From positions 1 to 64,000 of the forward strand of contig CAVUXN010000004.1 in the NCBI GenBank assembly GCA_963745475.1: 64,000 nucleotides of DNA, read 5' to 3'. Under the pieces are notes generated by a model. The model was not told the origin of the DNA and ran no database searches. It worked only from the letters and a program-made list of their open reading frames with translations. Both the position numbers and the translations under genes were made by a program. Positions within the stretch are counted from its first letter, which is position 1. Every line of letters starts with the position of its first letter. Of this stretch, positions 30,550 to 40,114 are shown in pieces. The DNA is from an uncultured delta proteobacterium (GTDB lineage: Bacteria > Myxococcota > Myxococcia > Myxococcales > Myxococcaceae).

Positions 30550-30849
30550 GGACGACGCCAGGATGGTCCATCAGCGCCAGAGCCTGACGCTCACTGTCGA
30601 GCGGGCCACCACCTGCTTGGTGTCCATGCCCGCCTTGATGACTTTAACGGCCACCTTGCGGCGTACCGGCTCGAGCTGCTCGGCGAGCCACACCTCTCCC
30701 ATGCCACCTTCCCCAATGAGCTGATGGAGCCGGTAAGGGCCAATCACCTTGGGGACGTCCGCCTCGGAGGCGATGCCGGCCGTCGGGTTGGAACCGACGG
30801 CCAGCGTGTCCTCGTGTCCGGTCAGCGGCTGTTTTGAGTCTCTGGACAT
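30550..30849 (-). pseudogene. Truncated Ser/Thr kinase, N-lobe only
   Basis: IGPYRL..IGEGGMGEVWLAEQ.EPVRRKVAVKVIKAGMD; after a frameshift FDSERQALALMDHP, then it ends. Confidence 0.85.
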
Positions 30850-31184
30850 CCGGCTCCCCTGTGCCAGTGACAGCGAAACGGGCTACATCCTTTGGGCTGG
30901 CTTCTGTGCACCACCTCAGGACGACACTAGACGTCGGGAACCCTTACCCAGAAAGGCCACGGAGGCCATTGGAAGTTTTTCGTTTGGTGCCCCGCGGTGC
31001 ATCGGGAGCCCTTCCGGACGGCTGCGCTCGTGAGCGCCCTCCGAAGTGCCAGGGCCTGGAGAAGAAGCCCGCGCGGACGGACACCACGACGGCCTCGTCG
31101 CGCTCCGGGACACTCTGCGGTACCTCCACGCTCCACTCTGCATCGCCACGGCCAGGGGCTCCCTGGTCTAGGCTTTGAGGCCCG

Positions 31185-32390
31185 ATGGCCGCACTGAAGA
31201 TTCTGCTCTTGGAGTCGATTCACCCCATCGCTGACGAGCTCCTCGAGGCGGACGGCTTCGAGGTTGAGCGCATCGACGGAGCCTTGAAGGAAGAGCAACT
31301 CTGCAAAAGACTTGCCGGTGTGCAGGTGCTCGGCATCCGGAGCAAAACCCAAGTGACGAAAAAGGTGCTCGACGCGGCTGATTCACTTCTGGCCGTCGGC
31401 GCGTTCTGCATCGGCACCAATCAGGTCGCGCTTGAGCACGCCATGCACCGCGGGGTAGCGGTGTTCAACGCTCCCTTCTCCAACACTCGGAGTGTCGCGG
31501 AGATGGTCCTAGCGGAGATTGTGATGCTCTCCCGTCGTTTGGCTGATCGATCGAAGGAGATGCACCAGGGGATATGGAAGAAGGTGGCGAGCGGCTCGCG
31601 CGAGGTGCGCGGAAAGACGCTCGGAGTCGTGGGCTACGGGCACATCGGCAGCCAAGTCTCCATCCTCGCGGAGGATTTGGGGATGCGGGTCCTTTTCTAC
31701 GACATCGCTTCCAAGCTCCCGCTCGGCAACTCCCAGCCAGTGAAGGCGCTCGACCTCCTGCTCAAGCAGAGCGACTTCGTCACACTCCACGTGCCAGAGA
31801 CATCGCGGACCCGGATGATGATTGGAGCCACTCAACTCTCGAAGATGAAGAAGGGCGCCTGCCTCATCAACGCGAGCCGTGGCACCGTGGTGGACCTCGA
31901 CGCCCTGGCCCAAGCCCTGCGTGAGGGACATCTGGAAGGCGCGGCCGTCGACGTCTACCCGGATGAACCCGAGGCCAACAGTACCGAGGGGTTTGTCACC
32001 CCGCTGCGAGGCCTGTCCAACGTCGTCATGACACCTCACATCGGCGGCTCGACGCTTGAGGCCCAGGAAGCAATCGGCCGCGAGGTCTCGGCCACGCTGG
32101 CCCACTTCGCGCACACCGGAGCGACACTGGGGTCGGTCAACTTCCCGCCGGTCGACCTCCCACGGACTGAGGGTACCTGGCGCGTCATCAACGTGCACCA
32201 AAACGTCCCTGGGGTGCTCAGAGACCTGAATAGGATTGTCTCCGACCACGACGCCAACATCCACGCCCAGGTGCTTTCCACCAACGCCGCGATTGGCTAC
32301 CTGGTGATGGACCTGGACTCGAACGTCGGGGACGCGGTGGTCAAGGACATCCTGCGTTTGCCCACGAGCATCTCCGCCCGGACGGTGTAA
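31185..32390 (+). CDS. serA: D-3-phosphoglycerate dehydrogenase with ACT domain
   Basis: GIRSKT, FCIGTNQV, NAPFSNTRSVAE, GYGHIG, TPHIGGST, HQNVPGVL. Confidence 0.95.
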   Translation: MAALKILLLESIHPIADELLEADGFEVERIDGALKEEQLCKRLAGVQVLGIRSKTQVTKKVLDAADSLLAVGAFCIGTNQVALEHAMHRGVAVFNAPFSNTRSVAEMVLAEIVMLSRRLADRSKEMHQGIWKKVASGSREVRGKTLGVVGYGHIGSQVSILAEDLGMRVLFYDIASKLPLGNSQPVKALDLLLKQSDFVTLHVPETSRTRMMIGATQLSKMKKGACLINASRGTVVDLDALAQALREGHLEGAAVDVYPDEPEANSTEGFVTPLRGLSNVVMTPHIGGSTLEAQEAIGREVSATLAHFAHTGATLGSVNFPPVDLPRTEGTWRVINVHQNVPGVLRDLNRIVSDHDANIHAQVLSTNAAIGYLVMDLDSNVGDAVVKDILRLPTSISARTV

Positions 32391-32555
32391 CTGGCCAGCA
32401 AAGTCGGACCGCGCAGCGCCTACTTCTGGTAGGCCCGCTCGGAGACGACGTTGCCGTCGAGAACCACTCTCCTCTTTACCGTGAGCTCGGTGACGGCTTC
32501 GTGGTCATGCCCTGTTCCCCGTGCGGAGCTCGAGGCTTAGACTGCACGACCACCT

Positions 32556-32888
32556 ATGGCCGAGCAACCTCCGCAAACTCCACACGACATGGGCGGCCAA
32601 CCGGCTGGCGCAGTCGAGCGCACGGAGCACGACTATGCACTCTGGGAGAAGCGCGTCGACGCGCTCCTGGTGCTGCTGTCCCACAAGGACACTCACCACA
32701 TGACTGTGGACGAGCTCCGTCGCAACATCGAGGGCCTGGGCTTGGGGGCTTACGAGGCGCTGAGCTATTACGAGCGCTGGATGCATTCCATCGCGCAGAC
32801 GCTCATTCAACGCGGGGTCATCACCGTGGATGAGCTGGGTCGAAAGATGGCCGACGTGCAAAGGCGGGCGGAGCGCGGCGAACTGTGA
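32556..32888 (+). CDS. Nitrile hydratase beta N-terminal-like subunit (ScnB-like)
   Basis: HDMGG, WEKRVDAL, DELRRNIE, LSYYERW. Confidence 0.88.
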   Translation: MAEQPPQTPHDMGGQPAGAVERTEHDYALWEKRVDALLVLLSHKDTHHMTVDELRRNIEGLGLGAYEALSYYERWMHSIAQTLIQRGVITVDELGRKMADVQRRAERGEL

Positions 32889-33214
32889 GCAAGACGCCCC
32901 CAACCCCTCCCTTCAAACCCGGTGACCGAGTGAGGGTCCGGTACGCGCACCCCCCGGGCCATGTCCGCACGCCCAGCTACGTTCGAGGACGCGCGGGCGT
33001 GGTGGAGAGGCTGTGCGGCAGCTACCCCAACCCGGAAGAGTTGGCCTACGGCCGCTCCGGGCTACCGCCTCAACCTCTCTACCGCGTGCGATTCCTGCAA
33101 AATGAATTGTGGCCCGACTACCGGGGCAACCCCGCCGACAGCGTCGACGTGGAGGTTTTTCAGCACTGGCTCAGCTCCGAAGCGAGGAAGACAGATGGCA
33201 CACGACGCGAGTGA
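32885..33214 (+). CDS. Nitrile hydratase beta C-terminal SH3-like subunit (ScnA-like)
   Basis: FKPGDRVRV, GHVRTPSYVRG, NPEELAYG, LYRVRF..LW, EVFQHWL; 4-nt overlap with the upstream gene. Confidence 0.88.
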   Translation: MSKTPPTPPFKPGDRVRVRYAHPPGHVRTPSYVRGRAGVVERLCGSYPNPEELAYGRSGLPPQPLYRVRFLQNELWPDYRGNPADSVDVEVFQHWLSSEARKTDGTRRE

Positions 33215-33818
33215 CGGTCATTCGCATCCCGAAGCAGAGGAGGCGGCCGGCTTGACGTACTTCCAGGCCATGGAGGTCGCCGTCCGCGAACTCCTCATCG
33301 ACAAGGGCATCCTCTCTGCCGAGCAAATCCGGCGGCAGGTGGAGGACATGGACAGTCGAACGCCCGCCAGAGGAGCCAAGGTTGTTTCGGCCGCTTGGTC
33401 GAATCCGGAGTTTCGCGCGCGGTTGCTTTCCGACGGGAACGCCGCCGTCGAATCTCTGGGCCTGGACCGCGGCCCGTACAAGCTGGTGGTCGTCGAAAAC
33501 ACGCCGCTGGTGCACAACGTTATTGTTTGCACCCTGTGCTCCTGCTACCCGCGTTGGCTGCTTGGACTCCCACCGGACTGGTACAAGAGCCGTAATTACC
33601 GAAGCCGGATGGTGCGCGAACCTCGAGCCGTCTTGCGCGAATTCGGCCTCGAGCTCCCGGACGAAGTGGCTGTCCGGGTCCACGACTCCACCGCAGACAT
33701 GCGCTACCTGGTCCTCCCCATGCGGCCCGCAGGCACGGCCGACTGGGGCGAAGAGCGGCTGGCCACGTTGGTGAGTCGCGACACCATGGTGGGAGTTGCC
33801 GTTCCGAAAGCGCCCTAG
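33195..33818 (+). CDS. Co-type nitrile hydratase alpha / thiocyanate hydrolase gamma-like subunit
   Basis: Metal site VCTLCSCYP, GLPPDWYKS..YRSR.VREPR.VL.EFG, HDSTADMRYLVLP. Confidence 0.93.
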   Translation: MAHDASDGHSHPEAEEAAGLTYFQAMEVAVRELLIDKGILSAEQIRRQVEDMDSRTPARGAKVVSAAWSNPEFRARLLSDGNAAVESLGLDRGPYKLVVVENTPLVHNVIVCTLCSCYPRWLLGLPPDWYKSRNYRSRMVREPRAVLREFGLELPDEVAVRVHDSTADMRYLVLPMRPAGTADWGEERLATLVSRDTMVGVAVPKAP

Positions 33819-33907
33819 TCTTTCCAAGACGTCGGGAGGCGCTTTCCGAGGCAGTGCGCAGGTAGAGTGGACGAGGCGCTCCGGTTTCGCTGCTTTGGGG
33901 GTGAAGC

Positions 33908-35551
33908 GTGAAGCTGCTCCAACCCAGCCCTCCACCCTACGACCCGTTGGTTTGGGTGAAGAGGCCTCTTCAGGAGCGCGGGCGCCTGGTCTGCGAGGCA
34001 TGGGCGACCCAAGGTTACGGGACGCCCTTCGGGGCGTACGCCATTCACGCCTTCAAGGCTGTCCTCTACGTTGGCGCGTGGCTTTTCTTCTGCAGCTTCA
34101 CGCCCGGCCTTGGCCATCTGTCAACCCTCCCCGCGTGGTGGCTGTCCCCCATTGCGTTTCAGAAGGCCATTCTGTGGAGCATGCTCTTCGAGGGGCTTGG
34201 CCTGGGTTGCGGGAGCGGCCCGCTCACCGGCCGGTACTTCCCGCCCTTTGGGGGCGTCCTTTACTTCCTTCGGCCCGGGACGACGAAGCTGCCGCTCTTC
34301 CCCGCCCTGCCCTTACTCGGCGGGACGCGGCGCACTTGGCTCGACGTCACCCTCTACCTCGCGCTCCTGGTGGTCCTGGTCCGTGCCCTCCTTGCGTCCG
34401 AGCTCGACGCAGGGCTCCTCGTCCCCATCGTCGCGCTCGTGCCCTTGGTGGGACTCGCGGACCAGACCATCTTTCTTGCGCTTCGTGCCGAGCACTACTG
34501 GACGATGGCGGTTTGCTTCGCTTTCGCCAGCAACTGGATTGCGGGCGCAAAGGCCGTGCAGCTCGCGCTCTGGTTCTGGGCAGGCTTTTCGAAACTCAAC
34601 CACCATTTCCCGAGCGTGGTTTGCGTCATGACCAGCAACAGCCCGGTGCTGCGCTTCGGGTGGCTGCGCCGGCGGATGTACCGCCACTACCCCGACGACC
34701 TCCGGCCCTCGCGCCTGGCCGAGTGGATGGCTCACGCCGGCACGGCGCTCGAGCTCACGGTGCCTGTGGTGTTGCTGCTTTCGACGGGCGGGCCGTCGCT
34801 CGTCGTCGGGATGGTGATGGTGCTGATGCTGCATGGCTACATTACGAGCAACGTCCCCATGGGAGTTCCCATCGAGTGGAATTTCGCTGTGGTTTACGGA
34901 GCCTTCGCCCTCTTCTGGGCGCACCCGGACGTGACGTTGGCGGCCATTGGGCCTCTCCCGCTCACGCTCTTTCTTGCGGTGATGCTCGTCGGGCTCCCCC
35001 TGGCTGGGAACCTCGTCCCGGACCGCGTGTCCTTTCTACTCGCGATGCGCTACTACGCCGGGAATTGGGCCTACGGGGTCTGGCTCTTCCACGGCGAGAG
35101 CTACCGGAAACTCGACAAGCTCACCAAGAGCGCCGCCTGGGTCTTCGACCAGTTGGACAGGTTCTATGACCGCTCCACGGCCGTGGGCCTCTTCGGCAAG
35201 GTGATGAGCTTCCGGCTGATGCACCTGCACGGACGCGGGTTACCAGTGCTCTTGCCGCGGGCCGTCGAGCGGCTGGAGGAGTACGAGTACGTAGACGGCG
35301 AAGTCATCGCCGGCCTCGTCTTGGGCTGGAATTTCGGCGACGGACATCTCCACCGAGAGTCGCTGTTGAAGGCCGTCCAGGAGCAGTGCGGCTTCGAGGC
35401 CGGCGAGCTGCGCTGCATCTTCGTCGAGTCGCAGCCCCTCGGGCGTTCCACCCTGCGCTATAGAATTCTCGACGCGAAGACTGGCCTCATGGAGGCTGGC
35501 GACCTCGACGTCCGCGAGCTGCGTCAGCGGCAGCCCTGGGCCGCAGTGTGA
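33908..35551 (+). CDS. DUF3556-like integral membrane protein
   Basis: GLGCGSGPLTGR, LRPGT.KLP, DQTIFLALRAEHY, SKLNHHFP, PMGVPIEWN, MRYYAGNW, GWNFGDGHLH. Confidence 0.8.
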   Translation: MKLLQPSPPPYDPLVWVKRPLQERGRLVCEAWATQGYGTPFGAYAIHAFKAVLYVGAWLFFCSFTPGLGHLSTLPAWWLSPIAFQKAILWSMLFEGLGLGCGSGPLTGRYFPPFGGVLYFLRPGTTKLPLFPALPLLGGTRRTWLDVTLYLALLVVLVRALLASELDAGLLVPIVALVPLVGLADQTIFLALRAEHYWTMAVCFAFASNWIAGAKAVQLALWFWAGFSKLNHHFPSVVCVMTSNSPVLRFGWLRRRMYRHYPDDLRPSRLAEWMAHAGTALELTVPVVLLLSTGGPSLVVGMVMVLMLHGYITSNVPMGVPIEWNFAVVYGAFALFWAHPDVTLAAIGPLPLTLFLAVMLVGLPLAGNLVPDRVSFLLAMRYYAGNWAYGVWLFHGESYRKLDKLTKSAAWVFDQLDRFYDRSTAVGLFGKVMSFRLMHLHGRGLPVLLPRAVERLEEYEYVDGEVIAGLVLGWNFGDGHLHRESLLKAVQEQCGFEAGELRCIFVESQPLGRSTLRYRILDAKTGLMEAGDLDVRELRQRQPWAAV

Positions 35552-36996
35552 GTCAGCCCGACGTCGTCGTGATTGGTTCGGGTCCAAACGGGCTCGCAGC
35601 AGCTATTTGTCTCGCGCAAGCCGGCGCACGGGTGCTGGTGCTCGAGGCGAAGGGCACCATCGGTGGCGGCACGCGGACGGCGGCCCTCACCCTGCCCGGG
35701 TTTGCACATGACGTCTGCTCGGCGGTGCACCCGATGGGTGTGCTGTCGCCCTATTTCCGCCAGCTTCCCCTCGAGGCGCACGGGCTGCGGTGGATCCGGC
35801 CGCAAGCTTCGGTTGCGCACCCGCTCGACAATGCCTCGGCGGTTCTCTTGCGCCGTTCCTTGGAGGAGACGTCTTCCCAGTTTGGAGAGGACAAGGAGGC
35901 CTACATCCGGCTGGTGGCGCCGTTTCTGAATCGCACTCATGCCTTGTTGGAAGACGCCATGGCCCCCTTGGGCTTTCCCCACCACCCAGGTCTTCTGCTT
36001 CGCTTCGGCTTGCACGCCGTCCGTTCCGCGACGGGGCTGGCTCGGCGCTTCGGTGGTGTACCGGCACGGGCACTCCTCGCCGGGTGTGGCGCTCACTCCA
36101 TCCTCCCGCTCGAGCAGCCTCTGACGGGGGCCTTGGCCCTCCTCTTCCTCATCACGGGGCACACCGAAGAGTGGCCCGTGGCCGCGGGTGGCTCCGAAGC
36201 CATTGCCCGCGCCCTGGCCAGCCTTCTTCAGTCTCTGGGGGGAAGACTCGAGACCGACACCCTTGTGCGATCGGCCGCCGACCTCCCGGCGGCGCGTGCC
36301 TACCTCTTCGACACCAGCCCGGCTCAGCTCGCCAGCATCTGCCAGGCCGTCCTTCCACCCCGCTACGTCCGAAGGTTGCGCCGCTTTCGCTACGGCCCCG
36401 GCGTCTTCAAGCTCGATTGGGCTTTGGATGGCTCCATTCCTTGGAAGGACCCGAGGTGCCTCGAGGCCTCCACCGTCCACGTGGGCGGGACGCTGGAGGA
36501 GATCTCAGCGTCGGAGGCAGCGGTGTGGCGGGGCGAGCATCCAGAGCGGCCCTTCGTCCTCTTGTGTCAGCAAAGCGAGCTCGACGCGAGCAGGGCACCC
36601 AAAGGCAAACAGACGGGCTGGGCTTACTGTCACGTCCCTTCTGCCTCGACGCAGGACATGACGCGGCAGGTGGAAGCCCAAATCGAACGGTTCGCTCCGG
36701 GCTTCACCCAGCGCATCCTCGCGCGGCACGTGACGACGCCGACGGACTTCGAGCAGTACAACCCCAACTACGTCGGCGGCGCCATCACTGGAGGCGTTGC
36801 GGACTTTGCTCAGCTCTTTAGTCGGCCTGTGGCGCGACTGGACCCCTACTCCACCCCGCACCCGCGTCTCTTCATTTGCTCTGCGTCGAGTCCCCCCGGG
36901 GGCGGCGTCCATGGTATGTGTGGCTATTACGCTGCGAAGTCCGCGCTGCGACGGCTCGAGAGGCTCCGGCCCGCAGCGCTGACTACGGCGGGCTGA
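35548..36996 (+). CDS. Phytoene desaturase-family FAD oxidoreductase
   Basis: IGSGPNGL FAD motif, HDVCSAVHP, PPGGGVHGMCG; overlaps the upstream stop (GTGA). Confidence 0.88.
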   Translation: MSQPDVVVIGSGPNGLAAAICLAQAGARVLVLEAKGTIGGGTRTAALTLPGFAHDVCSAVHPMGVLSPYFRQLPLEAHGLRWIRPQASVAHPLDNASAVLLRRSLEETSSQFGEDKEAYIRLVAPFLNRTHALLEDAMAPLGFPHHPGLLLRFGLHAVRSATGLARRFGGVPARALLAGCGAHSILPLEQPLTGALALLFLITGHTEEWPVAAGGSEAIARALASLLQSLGGRLETDTLVRSAADLPAARAYLFDTSPAQLASICQAVLPPRYVRRLRRFRYGPGVFKLDWALDGSIPWKDPRCLEASTVHVGGTLEEISASEAAVWRGEHPERPFVLLCQQSELDASRAPKGKQTGWAYCHVPSASTQDMTRQVEAQIERFAPGFTQRILARHVTTPTDFEQYNPNYVGGAITGGVADFAQLFSRPVARLDPYSTPHPRLFICSASSPPGGGVHGMCGYYAAKSALRRLERLRPAALTTAG

Positions 36997-37141
36997 GACG
37001 CGAATGAGCGAGGCGCGGCCTTTCGTTTCACAGTGCTGCGTGTTCCGCGCAGTCGAGGTGGACAGCACCTGAGACAGCGGGACAGGCGTCGACTAGCGTC
37101 CTCGCCAGGAATTCATCTCATGCCCCCGGAGCGCGTTCACC

Positions 37142-38479
37142 ATGCGGATGGGCCTCATCTCGACTCTCTCTCTCGGTGTGGCGCTCATGGGACGAGCCGT
37201 CCTGGCGGCGCCTACGGCCCCAGAAACCCCCGCCCTCGCGGGTCTCGATGCGGTCTACCCATCCCTCGATGCCCTTTACCGCGACCTGCACCAAAACCCA
37301 GAGCTGTCGCTCCACGAGGAGAAAACTGCCGTCAAGCTGGCCGCCCAACTCCGTGCGTTGGGCTTTGACGTCACCGAGCACGTCGGTGGAACAGGCCTTG
37401 TGGGTGTCCTGCGCAACGGTAAGGGACCGACCGTCCTTGTCCGGACAGAGCTCGACGCGCTTCCGGTGAAGGAGTCCACGGGCCTTCCTTACGCGAGCAC
37501 GGCCACCTTCCAGGATGAAGCGGGCGCGCTCGTCCCGGTGATGCATGCCTGCGGCCATGATGTGCACATGACTTCCTGGGTGGGCGCGGCGACGCTTCTC
37601 GCCAACTCGAAGGACACCTGGCGAGGGACACTACTCTTCGTCGGTCAGCCTGCTGAAGAATTGGGCCGTGGCGCAAAGAGCATGGTGGCGGACGGGTTTC
37701 TCAAGCGGTTCCCCCATCCGGATGTTTGCATCGCCGTCCACGACACTGGCTCTTACGCCGCTGGCCAAGTCGCGATTGTTTCCGGCTTCGCCATGGCCAA
37801 CGTCGACATGGTGGACATCACCATCTACGGCCGAGGAGGCCACGGCGCGCTGCCTCAGTTGAGCATCGACCCCGTCGTCATCGCGGCGCGGACGGTGCTG
37901 GCGCTGCAGACCATCGTCTCGCGCGAGGTCAACCCACTCGACCCGGCGGTGGTGACCGTCGGTTCCATCCACGGTGGCACCAAGCACAACGTCATCCCGG
38001 ACGAAGTGAAGCTGCAACTCACGGTTCGCTCCTACAAGGCCGAGGTCCAGAAGCAGCTTCTGGCGGCCATCGAACGCATTGCCAAGGCCGAGGCGGCCGC
38101 CGCCGGGGCGCCGAAGGAGCCTGCGGTCGTCGTCCTGAAGGAGCAGTCGGCGCAAGCCCTGTACAACGACCCGAAGCTGACCGAACGCCTGTTGGCAGCC
38201 CTTCGGCGCGGCCTAGGCGACGCTGCCGTCGTCGAGGGCCAGCCGATGATGGCCTCCGAGGACTTCGGCGTCTTTGGCCGGGCTGCCGGCGTTCCGTCGG
38301 TTTACATCTTCTTGGGGGCTACGGAGCCCGCAGCGCTGGCGAAGTCCAAGCAGACAGGGACGACGCTCCCCAACGTCCACTCTGCGCTCTTTGCCCCGGA
38401 CCGCGTTCCCACCCTCAGGACGGGAATCGCCGCGTTGACGTTGGCTGCGCTGGACCTCCTTGGGAAGCCCGGACCTTAG
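37142..38479 (+). CDS. Exported M20 family amidohydrolase
   Basis: Signal peptide; LHQNPELS, RTELDALP, MHACGHD, QPAEE, GGHGA, SEDF. Confidence 0.92.
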   Translation: MRMGLISTLSLGVALMGRAVLAAPTAPETPALAGLDAVYPSLDALYRDLHQNPELSLHEEKTAVKLAAQLRALGFDVTEHVGGTGLVGVLRNGKGPTVLVRTELDALPVKESTGLPYASTATFQDEAGALVPVMHACGHDVHMTSWVGAATLLANSKDTWRGTLLFVGQPAEELGRGAKSMVADGFLKRFPHPDVCIAVHDTGSYAAGQVAIVSGFAMANVDMVDITIYGRGGHGALPQLSIDPVVIAARTVLALQTIVSREVNPLDPAVVTVGSIHGGTKHNVIPDEVKLQLTVRSYKAEVQKQLLAAIERIAKAEAAAAGAPKEPAVVVLKEQSAQALYNDPKLTERLLAALRRGLGDAAVVEGQPMMASEDFGVFGRAAGVPSVYIFLGATEPAALAKSKQTGTTLPNVHSALFAPDRVPTLRTGIAALTLAALDLLGKPGP

Positions 38480-38564
38480 GCTTCGCGAAGCCCGGCCTTC
38501 ACACGTCTTTACGGGCCGTGCGCTCCACTACGCCAACAAACCCGAGGGGAGGGCTTCGTCGCCG

Positions 38565-40103
38565 TTACGGGCTCGCGCCTTTGACGGGCTTGGTGGAGGC
38601 CGGGAGCAGCTTGCCCGCCGCATCCCGCACCTGCGTGGGTCCGAGTCCGAGGGCCAAAAGCCGAGCCTGGAGCGACTTCATGGGGCCGACGACGACAATG
38701 GGCATGCCGTCCGGTGCGAAGTGCGCATGCGCTGCCTGGTCCGCCTCTGACTTGGTGACTGCCGTCAACTTGTCCGGAAGGTTGGCGAAGTAGTCCGGCC
38801 CGAAGCCGAGGCTCTGGGCGTTGGCGAATGCCACCGCTGTCACATCATTGGACTCGAAGCGGGCGGGGAGTCCCTGAATGGCCGCGGAACGCGCTTCGGA
38901 GAGCTCGGTCTCGGTGACGCCGCCTTTGGCCATCCCGGACAGCTCGGTGAGAAATTCCTGCACCGCCTCCGGCGTCTTGTCGGCGACGATGCCGCCAAAG
39001 GCAGCGAAAGTACCCTCCTGACGACGCTCGATGAGGAAGCTGTAGGCGCCATAGGAGTAAGCGTGCTTGGTGCGCAAGTTGGCCGTGAGCCGACCTTTCC
39101 CGCTGCCGAGGGCAATATTCGCCAGCCGGGTCGCGTAGAGGTCCGGCGAGGAGGAGCTCACCGCGAGCTGGCCCATCCACACCTGGCTTTGGGCCGCGCC
39201 GGCCTTGTCCACCAGCACCAGCGGCCGGGGCGTCGGCGTCGCCGCCCGGGGCAGCTTGGTGCTCGGCAGCTTCGCCTTGGCCCACCCGCCAAAGCGAGAC
39301 TCCAGCAGGGGGACGAGCTCGGCCTCGTACACGTCGCCCACGACGATGAGGGTGGCGTTGTTCGGATGCACCCAAGTCTTGTGCCAGGCAGCGAGCGTCC
39401 GGCGGGTGACAACTTTCGTCGCGGCCAGCGTCCCCTTGGCGGGGAAGGCCCAGGGGTTCTTGTCTCCGTAGATGACGCGGGCCAGCACGTTGCGGCCGAC
39501 CTGCTGTGCGTCATCCATCATCTGCTGAAGCTCGCCGAGGCGCAGTGCCCGGACGCGTTCCACGTCCGCCGCCTTGAAAGCCGGGTGGAGAATGACGTCC
39601 GCGTAAATCTCGAGCGCGTTGGAGAGACTGGCCGTGGGCACCGAGAGGGAGGCCGTCAGGGTTTCCGCATCGCTGTCGGCATGAAAGACGGCCGCCAAGT
39701 CCTCGAAAGCACCTGCTGTCGCCATGGCATCGCGGCTGGGCGTCCCCTCGTCCAGCATGGCCGCGACGAAGTTCGAGACTCCTGGCACCCCAGCGGGGTT
39801 GGTGTTGGAGCCCGCGTCCACCACCAGCACCATGGAGACCAGCGGCAAGTCGTGGCGCTCGAGCACCCACACCGCCAAGCCGTTCTTCAGGGTGAGCGTC
39901 TTGGGGACGGGCGCGCGAAACACCACGGCCGGACCGGCCGCGGGTGGCTTGGTACGAAAGTCTGCGTCGGCAGAGCTGGGCATGGCGGACACCGGCTGGG
40001 AGGCGGCAGGCGCTGCCGGCGCCGAGGCCTTGGCAGCGGGGGTGGGCTCGGGCGCCGTGGCGCAGCCGGCGAGCAGGAGGGCGGGGACGAGGAGCGTGCG
40101 CAT
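38565..40103 (-). CDS. M16 peptidase non-catalytic subunit, lipoprotein
   Basis: Lipobox LAGC; LKNGL, MLDEGT (no HxxEH), LRTKHAYSYG; alternative start at 40118. Confidence 0.85.
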   Translation of the reverse strand: MRTLLVPALLLAGCATAPEPTPAAKASAPAAPAASQPVSAMPSSADADFRTKPPAAGPAVVFRAPVPKTLTLKNGLAVWVLERHDLPLVSMVLVVDAGSNTNPAGVPGVSNFVAAMLDEGTPSRDAMATAGAFEDLAAVFHADSDAETLTASLSVPTASLSNALEIYADVILHPAFKAADVERVRALRLGELQQMMDDAQQVGRNVLARVIYGDKNPWAFPAKGTLAATKVVTRRTLAAWHKTWVHPNNATLIVVGDVYEAELVPLLESRFGGWAKAKLPSTKLPRAATPTPRPLVLVDKAGAAQSQVWMGQLAVSSSSPDLYATRLANIALGSGKGRLTANLRTKHAYSYGAYSFLIERRQEGTFAAFGGIVADKTPEAVQEFLTELSGMAKGGVTETELSEARSAAIQGLPARFESNDVTAVAFANAQSLGFGPDYFANLPDKLTAVTKSEADQAAHAHFAPDGMPIVVVGPMKSLQARLLALGLGPTQVRDAAGKLLPASTKPVKGASP

Positions 40104-40114
40104 GGTCGAGCCCT

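Noticed and set aside
32425..32490. Riboswitch upstream of the nitrile hydratase-like genes
   Set aside because: No cobalamin or NiCo riboswitch features recognised; the segment reads more like the 3' remnant of a minus-strand gene (..VVLDGNVVSERAYQK*).
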